DNA of 64,000 nt from Bdellovibrionales bacterium (lineage in GTDB: Bacteria; Bdellovibrionota; Bdellovibrionia; Bdellovibrionales; Bdellovibrionaceae), in NCBI GenBank assembly GCA_031370005.1, contig JANMPT010000039.1:1-64000 (forward strand), given 5' to 3'. Shown piece by piece: positions 31,186-40,489 of this stretch. The position numbers and the translations under genes were made by a program. Positions within the stretch are counted from its first letter, which is position 1, and each line of letters starts with the position of its first letter. The notes beneath the pieces were generated by a model that worked only from the letters and a program-made list of their open reading frames with translations, was not told the DNA's origin and ran no database searches.

Positions 31186-31872
31186 CTAGAACTTTCTTAG
31201 TAGGCCTACGACAATGCCCTGAATATTTACTTCATAGGGCGAGAACCACATTGATTGAAACTTTTCATTGGCCGGACGGAGCTCTACCATGAGCTCATCG
31301 TGGCTTCCACGAGGCGGAGTGCGGAGGTAAAAGCGCTTCACTGTGGCTTCATTTTCTACAGTTGCCACAACGATATCTCCATTGGCTGCACTGGCTTGCT
31401 GCTGTACAAGAATCGTATCTCCATCCAAAATGCCTTCATTGATCATGGAATCGCCAGAAACTCGCAGGGCGAAGGTCTTGTGAGCTTGGCGTACCAGACT
31501 TGAGGGAACACTAATGAATTCATCGTGCTTCAAGGACTCAATCGGGCCACCGGCCGCTACTTTACCAAGGAGAGGAAGAGACAGGACCTCCTCCTTGCTT
31601 TGGAGGAGCGATGTCGGAGGAGGCCCTGTAGATGTATTCAGCAAATGCTGCACAATCTGTATTGCACGTTTCTGATTGGCCTGGTTTTTCACATAGCCCT
31701 TGCGGATTAGTTGCTTCAGATAATTTTGGACCGAGTTAAACGACGCGAATCCAAAATGATCCCTAATCTCCTGGTATGACGGAGAAATTCCAGAACTTTT
31801 CTGAAAGCCTTCTATAAACTCTAAGAAGGCTTTCTCTTTTGCTGTAAGGGGGAGGGGCAAATTATCAATCAT
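31186..31872 (-). CDS. lexA: LexA repressor
   Basis: PSYQEI wHTH, VAAG cleavage site, GDSM serine, ATVKR lysine; start taken at MIDNLP. Confidence 0.95.
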   Translation of the reverse strand: MIDNLPLPLTAKEKAFLEFIEGFQKSSGISPSYQEIRDHFGFASFNSVQNYLKQLIRKGYVKNQANQKRAIQIVQHLLNTSTGPPPTSLLQSKEEVLSLPLLGKVAAGGPIESLKHDEFISVPSSLVRQAHKTFALRVSGDSMINEGILDGDTILVQQQASAANGDIVVATVENEATVKRFYLRTPPRGSHDELMVELRPANEKFQSMWFSPYEVNIQGIVVGLLRKF

Positions 31873-31874
31873 AA

Positions 31875-31912
31875 ACTTACATATCAATTACATATGTAAT
31901 TGATATGTAAGT
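31875..31912. promoter_or_regulatory. 38-bp perfect palindrome, candidate LexA auto-operator
   Basis: ACTTACATATCAATTACAT|ATGTAATTGATATGTAAGT, 2 nt from the lexA ATG; TTGACT -35-like hexamer at its distal edge. Confidence 0.7.
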
Positions 31913-31972
31913 CAAAAAATAATTTAAAAGGTCTAGGGATTATGTCGCATAGCTTAATGGGAGCCCAAATAA

Positions 31973-32236
31973 TCACTCATTCGAGATGAGACAATTTCCG
32001 AGACCACTTTTGTTTTTGCAAGTAGGGGAGCTTGGGGCAGCCACGCGTATTAATTTGTTAGGATCAATTTTCTCTGGGATGGCAATTGAGCTAATCGCAC
32101 GCTTTTGCGGCATGAGATTTCTGGATGCGACCTGACTTTCAGTGACCGGTAAAAAAGAGCAGTTTTGGTAAAGCAGAATCACTGCTGGGTTAACAACCAA
32201 AAGAACCGCTAAACTAAATCCACGCCGCCTGAGCAC
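31973..32236 (-). CDS. Small lipoprotein with LYQNC lipobox
   Basis: Basic N-terminus, hydrophobic stretch, LYQNCS; GAGGGGG RBS before GTG. Confidence 0.7.
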   Translation of the reverse strand: MLRRRGFSLAVLLVVNPAVILLYQNCSFLPVTESQVASRNLMPQKRAISSIAIPEKIDPNKLIRVAAPSSPTCKNKSGLGNCLISNE

Positions 32237-32426
32237 GAAACCCCCTCAATAAAAATATGGTTATCACTTTATTCTACGGAAGAAGTGGCCTAGGACCTTA
32301 GTCTAAAATCAAAAATTCTCAGAACGAGACGAAAAAAGTTTCTAACAATTCTAATAAAAAGGAAATCTCGTCTTGAGAGTGAGTAAAGGACTGGCAATAA
32401 TAGAAGAAGAAACATAAAAGGATATT

Positions 32427-33308
32427 ATGAGAACTGTTGTTGTCCTAGTTTTGAGCTTTATTTTTGCTTCCCAGGCTTTTGCGGCGAATTTTACAGATCT
32501 ATCGAAAAAGTGTATGGAAAGCTTAAAAGCTTTTCCTGGAAAAGTTGATACTGTGTTATTGCAGAGGGCTTGTGACAAGGTTCAAATTGATGACGCATGT
32601 GTGAGCGTTGATGGGCGCCCCATTTTTCACTACGAAAAAATTTCTAGCAACCCTAGAGCGAAGAGGGTTCTTGTCTTTAGCCTGATTCATGGCGATGAAA
32701 CTCACGCGGGCACTGTGGGACGATATTGGATGGAGCGCCTTGAGAGTTTTGACCCGCGCAACTCGTGGCGTGTAGTGCCTGTTTTAAATCCGGATGGTGT
32801 TCAGGCGAAGACGAGAACCAACGCAAATAATGTTGATTTGAATCGCAACTTTCCAACGAAAGATTGGGATCAGCTCGCAAAGTCCTATTGGAAAAAGCAA
32901 GCTAAAGAGAATCCGCGTCGCAATCCTGGCGATGCGGCCGGCAGTGAGGTCGAAACTAAGTGCGCTATGAAACATCTTGAAGAGTTTAAGCCAGATTTCA
33001 TTGTGTCTGTGCACACGCCGCTGAAAGTTTTAGACTTTGATGGGCCGAAGGTGGTTTTTCCAAAGTATGATTATTTACCTTGGAGATCCTTGGGGCACTT
33101 TCCAGGTAGCCTTGGTCGTTATATGTGGTTTGAAAGACAGACTCCGGTTTTGACCACCGAACTTAGGGAAGACTTGCCGGCAAGTCTGACGCCTCTTGAA
33201 AGGCTGCAAGACGTGATCGGTACGCTAGTGAAAATCGAAATTAAACCTAGGAGCGCAGATTCTCAACCCCCCAGCCATGTGGTGAAAACCTTTGCCCCTG
33301 TTGAGTAG
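32427..33308 (+). CDS. Secreted M14 zinc carboxypeptidase / murein peptide amidase (MpaA-like)
   Basis: Signal peptide; IHGDE, LNPDG, DLNRNF, SEVET, SVH motifs. Confidence 0.88.
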   Translation: MRTVVVLVLSFIFASQAFAANFTDLSKKCMESLKAFPGKVDTVLLQRACDKVQIDDACVSVDGRPIFHYEKISSNPRAKRVLVFSLIHGDETHAGTVGRYWMERLESFDPRNSWRVVPVLNPDGVQAKTRTNANNVDLNRNFPTKDWDQLAKSYWKKQAKENPRRNPGDAAGSEVETKCAMKHLEEFKPDFIVSVHTPLKVLDFDGPKVVFPKYDYLPWRSLGHFPGSLGRYMWFERQTPVLTTELREDLPASLTPLERLQDVIGTLVKIEIKPRSADSQPPSHVVKTFAPVE

Positions 33309-33332
33309 CATGAAATTAGAAAATTCATTGTT

Positions 33333-33746
33333 CTAATGAATCATTGTATTTTGCAAAACCTGGTGAATCTCAATATCACGCTCCTGCTGCGTAACAACGC
33401 TATCCTGGATTGCCAAAAGCCTCTTTAGTAAGAGGTCCTTGGCTATACGGATAGCAACGAAAATATCTTTGTCGACGCCTTCGGCGGCAATTTTCGAATC
33501 ACCCTCTTTCAAGGAGATTGAAATCCTATAAAGGGATTTCAAATCTTCCATTTTAAACTCTTTGCCTTCTGCTTCATATTGAAGCGCTAGCTTGGTGGGA
33601 TCTTTCGAAATAACAGCAACCACAGTTTGCGGAGTCACGTAGGGCTGAAACTCGGCAATTTGCTGGTAAACGTATGATTTTACTTCGGGGCTGTCCTCGA
33701 GGGCTATCTCAAGGACTTCTAGCCCCGGATTCAGAAGGTCAGACAT
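33333..33746 (-). CDS. Hypothetical protein, possible divergent HPF/RaiA (S30AE) fold
   Basis: AGGAGG RBS; IAAEGVDKDIFVAIRIAKDLLLKRL resembles the HPF C-terminal helix. Confidence 0.55.
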   Translation of the reverse strand: MSDLLNPGLEVLEIALEDSPEVKSYVYQQIAEFQPYVTPQTVVAVISKDPTKLALQYEAEGKEFKMEDLKSLYRISISLKEGDSKIAAEGVDKDIFVAIRIAKDLLLKRLLAIQDSVVTQQERDIEIHQVLQNTMIH

Positions 33747-33919
33747 TAGATCCTCCTATTCCGTGTTACATACATCTCTTATTATATTGTATCAATGAGT
33801 CCAAATTAAGTCAGGCCAGGCTTCTTAGAAATAAAAAATATATTTGAAATTGAATACATTTGATTTAAAATCTCGACCTTGGACGTGTTTAAGATATTTG
33901 GATCTTAAAATGAGACATT

Positions 33920-34654
33920 ATGTTTGATAACAAGAAATCCGCACCAGGAGCCAGTTTGAGCGAAACTTCTAGCATGAAAACACATTTGCCAAGGCTTGAA
34001 AATTCGTGGCAAGCGAAACTAGAGTCAGAATTTGAAAAAGATTATATGGAAAATTTGCAAAAATTTTTGATTTCCCAAAAAGAATCTAGAAAAATAATAT
34101 ACCCAGAATGCGAAGAATATTTTGCTGCAATGGACCTGACGCCTTTCGACAAAGTCAAAGTTGTGATTATTGGTCAGGATCCTTATCATGGCGTCGGGCA
34201 GGCACATGGCTTGAGTTTCTCTGTTCGTGAAGGCGTTCGCGTTCCTCCGTCCTTAGCTAACATTTTCAAAGAGCTTCACGAAGATCTGGGCTTGCCCATA
34301 CCAAAGAGCGGAGACCTAACCTCCTGGGCCAAGCAAGGTGTTTTGCTTTTAAACGCGGTTTTAACTGTGGAAGGTGGCAGGGCAGCGGCCCATCAGGGCA
34401 AGGGGTGGGAGCAATTCACTGATCAAGTGATTGTGGCTCTGGATCAAAACCGTGAGCACTTGGTATATATTTTGTGGGGAAGTTATGCTCAGAAAAAAGC
34501 AGCTTTCGTCGATCGCACAAGAAATCTTGTATTAGAGTCCTCACATCCGTCACCGCTGTCCTCATATCGAGGTTTTTTTGGTTCAAGGCCTTTTTCTAAA
34601 GCGAATAAATACCTGGGCGAACATGGAGTTAAGGAAATTGATTGGTCTTTATAG
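33920..34654 (+). CDS. ung: Uracil-DNA glycosylase family 1
   Basis: GQDPYH, PPSL, GVLLLN, LWG, HPSPLS; start may be 33974. Confidence 0.96.
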   Translation: MFDNKKSAPGASLSETSSMKTHLPRLENSWQAKLESEFEKDYMENLQKFLISQKESRKIIYPECEEYFAAMDLTPFDKVKVVIIGQDPYHGVGQAHGLSFSVREGVRVPPSLANIFKELHEDLGLPIPKSGDLTSWAKQGVLLLNAVLTVEGGRAAAHQGKGWEQFTDQVIVALDQNREHLVYILWGSYAQKKAAFVDRTRNLVLESSHPSPLSSYRGFFGSRPFSKANKYLGEHGVKEIDWSL

Positions 34655-34699
34655 CGATTCTAACGGAAGATAAATTTGAAACAATCAAGGAGCGTAATT

Positions 34700-35125
34700 A
34701 TGACGTTTATTAAAATTCTAATGGTGCTGGGGCTTGCGGGGTCTGTCGTTTACGCGGCTGGCAATGGGCAAAAAGTTAAACAAAAAGCTTCGGAAACTAT
34801 GCAGGCTGCCGGTGAATATACTCAGGAACAAAAGGCAGAGATTCAACAAAGTCTTGAAGATAAAATGGGCAAAATCTCTGAGGAAATCGGAGAATTAAAA
34901 AAAGAAGTGGCGATAGCTTCCGGCAAGGCAAAAAAAGAAATGAATCAAGAAATCAAATCTCTAGAAAAAAAGCAGATGTCTCTTAAAAAAGATTTAGCTC
35001 GTTGGAAAAATAGTACGGGCAAAGCATGGGAAGAAATGAAAAACGGAATGAACCAGGCATTTGATAATCTTTCGGATTCATACCAGAAGGCAAAAAAAGA
35101 ACTCTCTGAAACTAAATCTGAGTAA
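34700..35125 (+). CDS. Secreted helical coiled-coil protein
   Basis: AAGGAG RBS, signal peptide ending VYA, K/E-rich helices, AWEEMKNG motif. Confidence 0.72.
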   Translation: MTFIKILMVLGLAGSVVYAAGNGQKVKQKASETMQAAGEYTQEQKAEIQQSLEDKMGKISEEIGELKKEVAIASGKAKKEMNQEIKSLEKKQMSLKKDLARWKNSTGKAWEEMKNGMNQAFDNLSDSYQKAKKELSETKSE

Positions 35126-35172
35126 TTTTTGAAGATAGATTTCTATTATCGCCTAAAGTTAGGAGTTCGACA

Positions 35173-36978
35173 ATGATCACAGTGATTATTGGTCAAAGGG
35201 GAGTTGGCAAGACTCAGTTGCTGAAAAGGATCCACCGCTATACAGCAGACGAAAAAATGCCTTGTTTTGATCTTGATCAAGAAATTGAAAAATACGAGAA
35301 AAAGACCATCCAGGAAATTTTCGAGAAAAAAGGCGAAGAGTATTTTCGTGAATTAGAAAAAAGAATCTTCAATGAAATTATTTTGTCTCATCCAAACTGT
35401 TGGTTAGCAGTCGGGGGCGGTTTTCCTGTAGGATTTCTTCCAGAGACCACTCGAGTTCTTTGGGTGCAAAGAACTACGGATCAGGCCGGCCGAGTTTTTT
35501 TAGATCGTCCGCGCCTTGAAAAAGAATTGTCCCCACTTGGTGAGTTCGAGAAACGAGCGAAAAACCGCGAATTTTATTTTAAAAATGTGTATGACCAAAT
35601 TTACTTAATACCCGAAGGCTTGACGGAGCTAGATCCTTTAGAGAAAGAAATCTTGATTCTGCATAAGAAAGTATTTTCGGGGACATTAACCATATTGCCC
35701 GAGTTATTTCTAAAGAAAACTCGTTGGCAAACTTTTATCGAGAATTATTCCAATCGCGGTGTTGAGTTTTTTGAGATAAGAGATGATTTGTTAAATCACG
35801 ACCAACTTCAAACGTGTTTGGGCTCTTTGTTTTCGGAAAAGTTTATTTTTTCTTTTCGCTCCGGAAAAACAGAGAACCCTCCGCAAAGCAGTCAAATTGA
35901 ATACTTTGACTGGGCCATTGAACTAGGTGCAATGCCTCAGCCAGTCCGTTTTTTAAAACAGCGTCTAATAGTTTCTTTACACGAAATTCAAGAAGGTGAG
36001 GCTTTTGAGCAAGCTATTCACAGATTGAATGCGGAGTCTGGTAAGTGCGTTCATTTGAAATTTGCACCGATTGTGAAGACTTTTGAGGATTTGTTTTTAG
36101 GTTATTTGTGGCAGCAGGGCGATCCGAAAAATCGCAGTTTTCTGCCTCATTCGGCAAATGGGCGCTGGGCTTGGTTTCGGTTGTGGATGAAGGGCGGCCA
36201 ACTTTTGAACTTCTGGCGCGAGGCTGAGGGCAGCGCACAGGACCAGCCGACAGTTTATGAATGGTTGAGCGTGCATTTTATTAAAACTCACTTCGCTGCA
36301 GTTCTTGGCAAACCGGTGTCTCAAAGTTGGTCGCCTATCGAGCAGAAAAACTTTTTTGAAGAGCGAAATGAGCCCACTTTTCGCATTGAGATCGACCAGT
36401 CAGAGTGGGATGTGGCTTTGACAATCTTGGCTATATTGGGTCTTCGTCATGCGGCAGTGACCTCGCCACTCAAAGAAGAGGCTTTTCATAGTTGCAAAGT
36501 GAAAACAGAAAAGGCCGAGCTTCTTCGCTCAGTAAATACACTTTTTTATAGCTCAGAAAATAAATATTGGATCGGCCACAATACCGACATTATAGGCTTT
36601 AAACACCTCACGGAGGACATCGGTACAGAACAATGTGTGGTTCTGTGGGGTGGTGGCGGAACGCTGAATATGATGAAAAGGGTGCTTCCGCAATCCTATT
36701 GCTTTTCAGTGACTCGTGGAGAGGTTCGCGAGGAGGACCTGGCACGCTGGAAAAATGAGATGATGCCAGACGTTTTAGTCTGGGCCGCGCCACGAAAACA
36801 CGATATGAAGTGGCCAAGCCCTGATTGGAAACCTAAGCTGGTGGTGGATTTAAACTACACTGATGATTCAGCGGGGCGTGAATACGCACAAAGAGTGGGT
36901 GCAGAGTATCGTTCGGGTATAAAGATGTTTCAAGTTCAAGCTCAGTATCAAAGAGATTTTTGGGAGAATCAAGAATGA
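35173..36978 (+). CDS. Trifunctional shikimate kinase / type I 3-dehydroquinase / shikimate dehydrogenase (AroK-AroD-AroE fusion)
   Basis: AroK: GQRGVGKT, DLD, GEEYFRELE, GGG. AroD: EIRDD, FSFR, SLH, LKFA. AroE: SWSP, VTSPLK, VNT, NTD, GGGG, DLNY, QA. Confidence 0.82.
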   Translation: MITVIIGQRGVGKTQLLKRIHRYTADEKMPCFDLDQEIEKYEKKTIQEIFEKKGEEYFRELEKRIFNEIILSHPNCWLAVGGGFPVGFLPETTRVLWVQRTTDQAGRVFLDRPRLEKELSPLGEFEKRAKNREFYFKNVYDQIYLIPEGLTELDPLEKEILILHKKVFSGTLTILPELFLKKTRWQTFIENYSNRGVEFFEIRDDLLNHDQLQTCLGSLFSEKFIFSFRSGKTENPPQSSQIEYFDWAIELGAMPQPVRFLKQRLIVSLHEIQEGEAFEQAIHRLNAESGKCVHLKFAPIVKTFEDLFLGYLWQQGDPKNRSFLPHSANGRWAWFRLWMKGGQLLNFWREAEGSAQDQPTVYEWLSVHFIKTHFAAVLGKPVSQSWSPIEQKNFFEERNEPTFRIEIDQSEWDVALTILAILGLRHAAVTSPLKEEAFHSCKVKTEKAELLRSVNTLFYSSENKYWIGHNTDIIGFKHLTEDIGTEQCVVLWGGGGTLNMMKRVLPQSYCFSVTRGEVREEDLARWKNEMMPDVLVWAAPRKHDMKWPSPDWKPKLVVDLNYTDDSAGREYAQRVGAEYRSGIKMFQVQAQYQRDFWENQE

Positions 36979-37991
36979 GTGCAAGTTCCTTTGGATCAAG
37001 ATTTGTTGTGACTAGCTTTGGAGAATCTCACGGTAACGCCTTAGGTGTGGTGATTGACGGTTGCCCTGCGGGCCTTTTATTTGATGAAGCTCTTTTGAAA
37101 AAAGAATTGGAACGTCGTCGTCCCGGTGGCGAATTGGTTTCGCAGCGAAAAGAAGAAGATGCCTCAGAGGTCTTAAGTGGGGTTTTCGAGGGAAAAACAA
37201 TCGGCACCCCGATAGCAATCATTGTTAGAAATAAAGATCAAAAATCTCACGACTATGAGCAAATCAAAGGCTCTCCACGTGCTGGTCATGCTGACGATGT
37301 TTGGCAAATGAAATTTGGTCATCGTGATCACCGAGGTGGCGGGCGGTCTTCGGGTCGCGAAACTGTGGCTCGTGTAATGGCGGGCGCGGTGGCCCAGATG
37401 CTTTGTAAGCAGCTTGCTCCGGAGCTGCAACTGAAAGTTTATGCTGGCCAGGTGGGCAGCTACGTACTTTCAGAGACAGAGCGCAATCAAGTCTGGAATC
37501 AAGATATTGAAAAGTTCACGGCACGTTTTCCCTCTGCTCAGCACGAAAAGGTAAAAGAGCTTTTGTCCCTGGCACAAGCCCAAGGTGAGAGCTACGGCGG
37601 GGTCGCAGAAATCCGCATTAAAAGCCCACCCGCAGGCCTTGGTCAGCCGGTCTTTCATAAGCTTAAGGCGGATCTTGCCCAAGCCTATATGAGTGTCGGA
37701 GCAACCTCAGGCGTTGAGCTTGGTGCAGGAGCTGAGGCCCCTAAAGAAAAAGGAACGGACTTCCACAAATCATCTCAATCCGAGAACTACGGTGGCATCC
37801 GTGGTGGCATCTCTACGGGTGAGGAAATTTTTCTGAAAGCACACTTCAAGCCAACATCGTCGATTCTCGATGTGGCGAAGAAGGGCCGTCATGATCCTTA
37901 CATCGTGACTAGAGCAATTCCGGTACTTGAGGCCATGACGTGGTTGGTGCTTGCAGATCACTTGCTTTGGGCAAAGACGGATCGAGTTTAG
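36975..37991 (+). CDS. aroC: Chorismate synthase
   Basis: FGESHG, PRAGHAD, GGGRSSGRET, GGISTG, FKPTSS, GRHDP. Confidence 0.96.
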   Translation: MSASSFGSRFVVTSFGESHGNALGVVIDGCPAGLLFDEALLKKELERRRPGGELVSQRKEEDASEVLSGVFEGKTIGTPIAIIVRNKDQKSHDYEQIKGSPRAGHADDVWQMKFGHRDHRGGGRSSGRETVARVMAGAVAQMLCKQLAPELQLKVYAGQVGSYVLSETERNQVWNQDIEKFTARFPSAQHEKVKELLSLAQAQGESYGGVAEIRIKSPPAGLGQPVFHKLKADLAQAYMSVGATSGVELGAGAEAPKEKGTDFHKSSQSENYGGIRGGISTGEEIFLKAHFKPTSSILDVAKKGRHDPYIVTRAIPVLEAMTWLVLADHLLWAKTDRV

Positions 37992-38605
37992 TAAATTGAT
38001 GTGATAGTACTAAAAAGCTTTGAGGTGCAGGCGATGGGTGCCATCATTCTGCAGGAAATTGTGAATTTAGGATAGCTCTTACTTGTTCCATTTTGAAGAA
38101 CCACCTGAATCTTGTCATAAAGTGTCGTCAGGATCGGGGAGTTGGCCAGTGCTCGCTGCGATAGAGTTTTAACATCATCAGCCCCCATGAAATTCACCAA
38201 GGTGGCTCCAGTGTCCGCTTCCTGGGAAATGGAAGTCATATTCTCTTTTGCTTTGGAGGGATCAATGTAAACACTGCAGGACTCACTGTCAGAGTCGCCA
38301 CTTTGAATCGACACATTCGCTGTGCAGACAATTTTAAATGCTTCGTCTGAAGTCATGAAATAAACTATAGAGTTTTTGAAACCTTCTTGGTCGGGTGACA
38401 ATGTTTGATCGATGTATAAGCCTGGGCGGATCGCTTCTGAATCGGAAGTAAGAAAAACCGCAGAGGCGCTCAGAGTTTCATAGATTCGCGCTGAGTCCTT
38501 GGAGCCTATAGAAAGAAAGGCCTGTTGATTAGCCGCAATGGCATTTGCAGAGTATGTCCAAGTCAAAGCTCCTGATGCGATTAGAAAAAGTGTGATATTT
38601 TTCAT
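37988..38605 (-). CDS. Secreted hypothetical protein
   Basis: AGGAG RBS, signal peptide (SANA), 4 Cys. Confidence 0.75.
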   Translation of the reverse strand: MKNITLFLIASGALTWTYSANAIAANQQAFLSIGSKDSARIYETLSASAVFLTSDSEAIRPGLYIDQTLSPDQEGFKNSIVYFMTSDEAFKIVCTANVSIQSGDSDSESCSVYIDPSKAKENMTSISQEADTGATLVNFMGADDVKTLSQRALANSPILTTLYDKIQVVLQNGTSKSYPKFTISCRMMAPIACTSKLFSTITSIY

Positions 38606-38659
38606 GAAAAGTCTCCTACAGTTAGTGTCCGAGAGTGTGCGTATATCATGAGCGGGTTT

Positions 38660-39406
38660 TTAATTCAATAAAAAGTGAGGAGGAAGAGTATCCGAATACT
38701 TTTTTTTCCATTTCCAATCGACGGTCTCTTCATTTACTAAGACAAAAAGCAACGCATCTTTAGGTTTTTCTTTGAATGCATATTCAACGCTAGAGAGCCG
38801 CTGTAGGCTTGATGGAATATAAACTGCTATAGCTTGAAAGCTGAAGGCGGGAGGATCTTGAAAAGGCGCTAGCATGTGCGAGATAACGTTGTCGTTTTCA
38901 CTAAACGGTATTGTAGACACTTCAGCGGCGCTCAAATCCAGAGTTACTCCATAAGTTACCTTATCATCTGTTATGCCAAGACTTGCCCTTTCCTCGCGCG
39001 ACGAATCGTAGCCTGGAACATCGAAAACGTGAGATTGATCGTTTCGGTCCGAACCTGTTTCTAGTGCTATTTCAATTCGTTTGGCTGAGAATAATCTAAT
39101 AAATACGGCATCAGACTCTATTCCCAGCTTTTGCAGTTTGGTGCGAATTGCTGGCAACAACAATCTCCATGAAGGCATCAAAATTACTTTAGAGTGGCCT
39201 GCTTCAACGCGCTTCATAACTAAGGCATATTCTACTGGATATATGAGTTGATCCTGGTTAACTGTGGTAGCGAACAATGAAGCACATTTTGGTGCTTGTG
39301 CAAACACCGCAGGATATGACAAAAAAAGTAACAGGGCCGCAAAAAAGAGGGACGTTTTCGTCCTAAATCTCAGATGGGCATAAGTTGATTTGGTTTTGCC
39401 TGCCAT
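38660..39406 (-). CDS. Secreted hypothetical protein with CxxLF motif after the signal peptide
   Basis: Hydrophobic signal ending AVFA, then QAPKCASLF; start uncertain. Confidence 0.7.
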   Translation of the reverse strand: MAGKTKSTYAHLRFRTKTSLFFAALLLFLSYPAVFAQAPKCASLFATTVNQDQLIYPVEYALVMKRVEAGHSKVILMPSWRLLLPAIRTKLQKLGIESDAVFIRLFSAKRIEIALETGSDRNDQSHVFDVPGYDSSREERASLGITDDKVTYGVTLDLSAAEVSTIPFSENDNVISHMLAPFQDPPAFSFQAIAVYIPSSLQRLSSVEYAFKEKPKDALLFVLVNEETVDWKWKKKYSDTLPPHFLLN

Positions 39407-39418
39407 GGAGTCACATAG

Positions 39419-39435
39419 TGCAAGTGTGGTGCCAA
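39419..39435 (-). promoter_or_regulatory. Putative sigma54 promoter
   Basis: Minus strand TTGGCAC-CACAC-TTGCA is an exact match to TGGCAC-N5-TTGCW. Confidence 0.72.
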
Positions 39436-39489
39436 ATCTGCACTAAAGTCTTGTAAGACTTTGGTAGTTTTCGACCGAAAAAACAAGAG

Positions 39490-40461
39490 ATGGTAAATTT
39501 CGCAAATTTGGATAAAAAACAAAAGCTTAGCATTTTCGGCGTCATGTTAATTCTGATTCTTTTTTTGTCTTATGATCCGTTTTTGAGTAACACTTCTAAT
39601 GATGAGGTTTCACGAAGCACCAAGCCACCGCAAATTAAAAACTCACTAGAAAATGCTACAATGTCCAAACGGCCCATAGGGGGGGCCTCCCTTCGCGTAC
39701 ACAAGTCGGCGCTGTTAAAATTCGATAAAAAAGTCATAAAAATCTCAACAAATGAGCAAAATAGCCCAAGTAGTTCGATAAGAATGCCGGCAGGTGATTC
39801 TTATTATGGCGTTGTCCCCGAGCCAGATTTTTTATTACCGAATAAAAGACTATCCATTATGCTTGGACGTGAGTTTGTCACCGTGTCTAAAGCTCCAAAT
39901 GGATATCTATTGGGCTCAGATCTATCTGGAGAAATTAGATACGAAAATTTTATAAAAAAAGATGAAGTGAGCGGTTATCTTTTAGATATATCCTTAGGCA
40001 CCTCGTTATTCCATAGCACCTCCGGAAATCTTCAAGTCTCTCAAACTAGATTTTATGGGTTTAGCTTTGATTTAAAATATATAAAAAAAATAAACTTGGG
40101 TGATATAAAGTTAACAGCCGGCGCGAAATACATATTTGGTATGGACGTTCAAGGCTCGCAGACACAAATTATAGGCAGCACTGTTCCGGGAGTTGGGATT
40201 GGATTTGATTATAAGCTGTTACAAATGGAAAATACTTCTGTCCTGTGGAGATATGATTTTAAATATTATTTTCAAGGTTTGGATAATGACTTTTGGCTGA
40301 GCGGCCTTAGTCATAGGCATGAGTTGTTGTTCTCAATTGAGAAAGGCCATTTAAAAAATTGGGACCTCGGTGTCTACTATAATTATCAGCAGGGCCTTAC
40401 AACCTCTGCGACTATTGAAACAGATTCTGCGGGGATGAGCTTTGGGCATAGATTTGATTAA
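39490..40461 (+). CDS. Probable outer-membrane beta-barrel protein with N-terminal anchor
   Basis: Alternating aromatic/hydrophobic strands (FSFDLKY, IGFDY, WRYDFKYY, WDLGVYY, SFGHRF). Confidence 0.6.
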   Translation: MVNFANLDKKQKLSIFGVMLILILFLSYDPFLSNTSNDEVSRSTKPPQIKNSLENATMSKRPIGGASLRVHKSALLKFDKKVIKISTNEQNSPSSSIRMPAGDSYYGVVPEPDFLLPNKRLSIMLGREFVTVSKAPNGYLLGSDLSGEIRYENFIKKDEVSGYLLDISLGTSLFHSTSGNLQVSQTRFYGFSFDLKYIKKINLGDIKLTAGAKYIFGMDVQGSQTQIIGSTVPGVGIGFDYKLLQMENTSVLWRYDFKYYFQGLDNDFWLSGLSHRHELLFSIEKGHLKNWDLGVYYNYQQGLTTSATIETDSAGMSFGHRFD

Positions 40462-40489
40462 TTAGAGTGATTGAAAAGCTAAAAACGAG

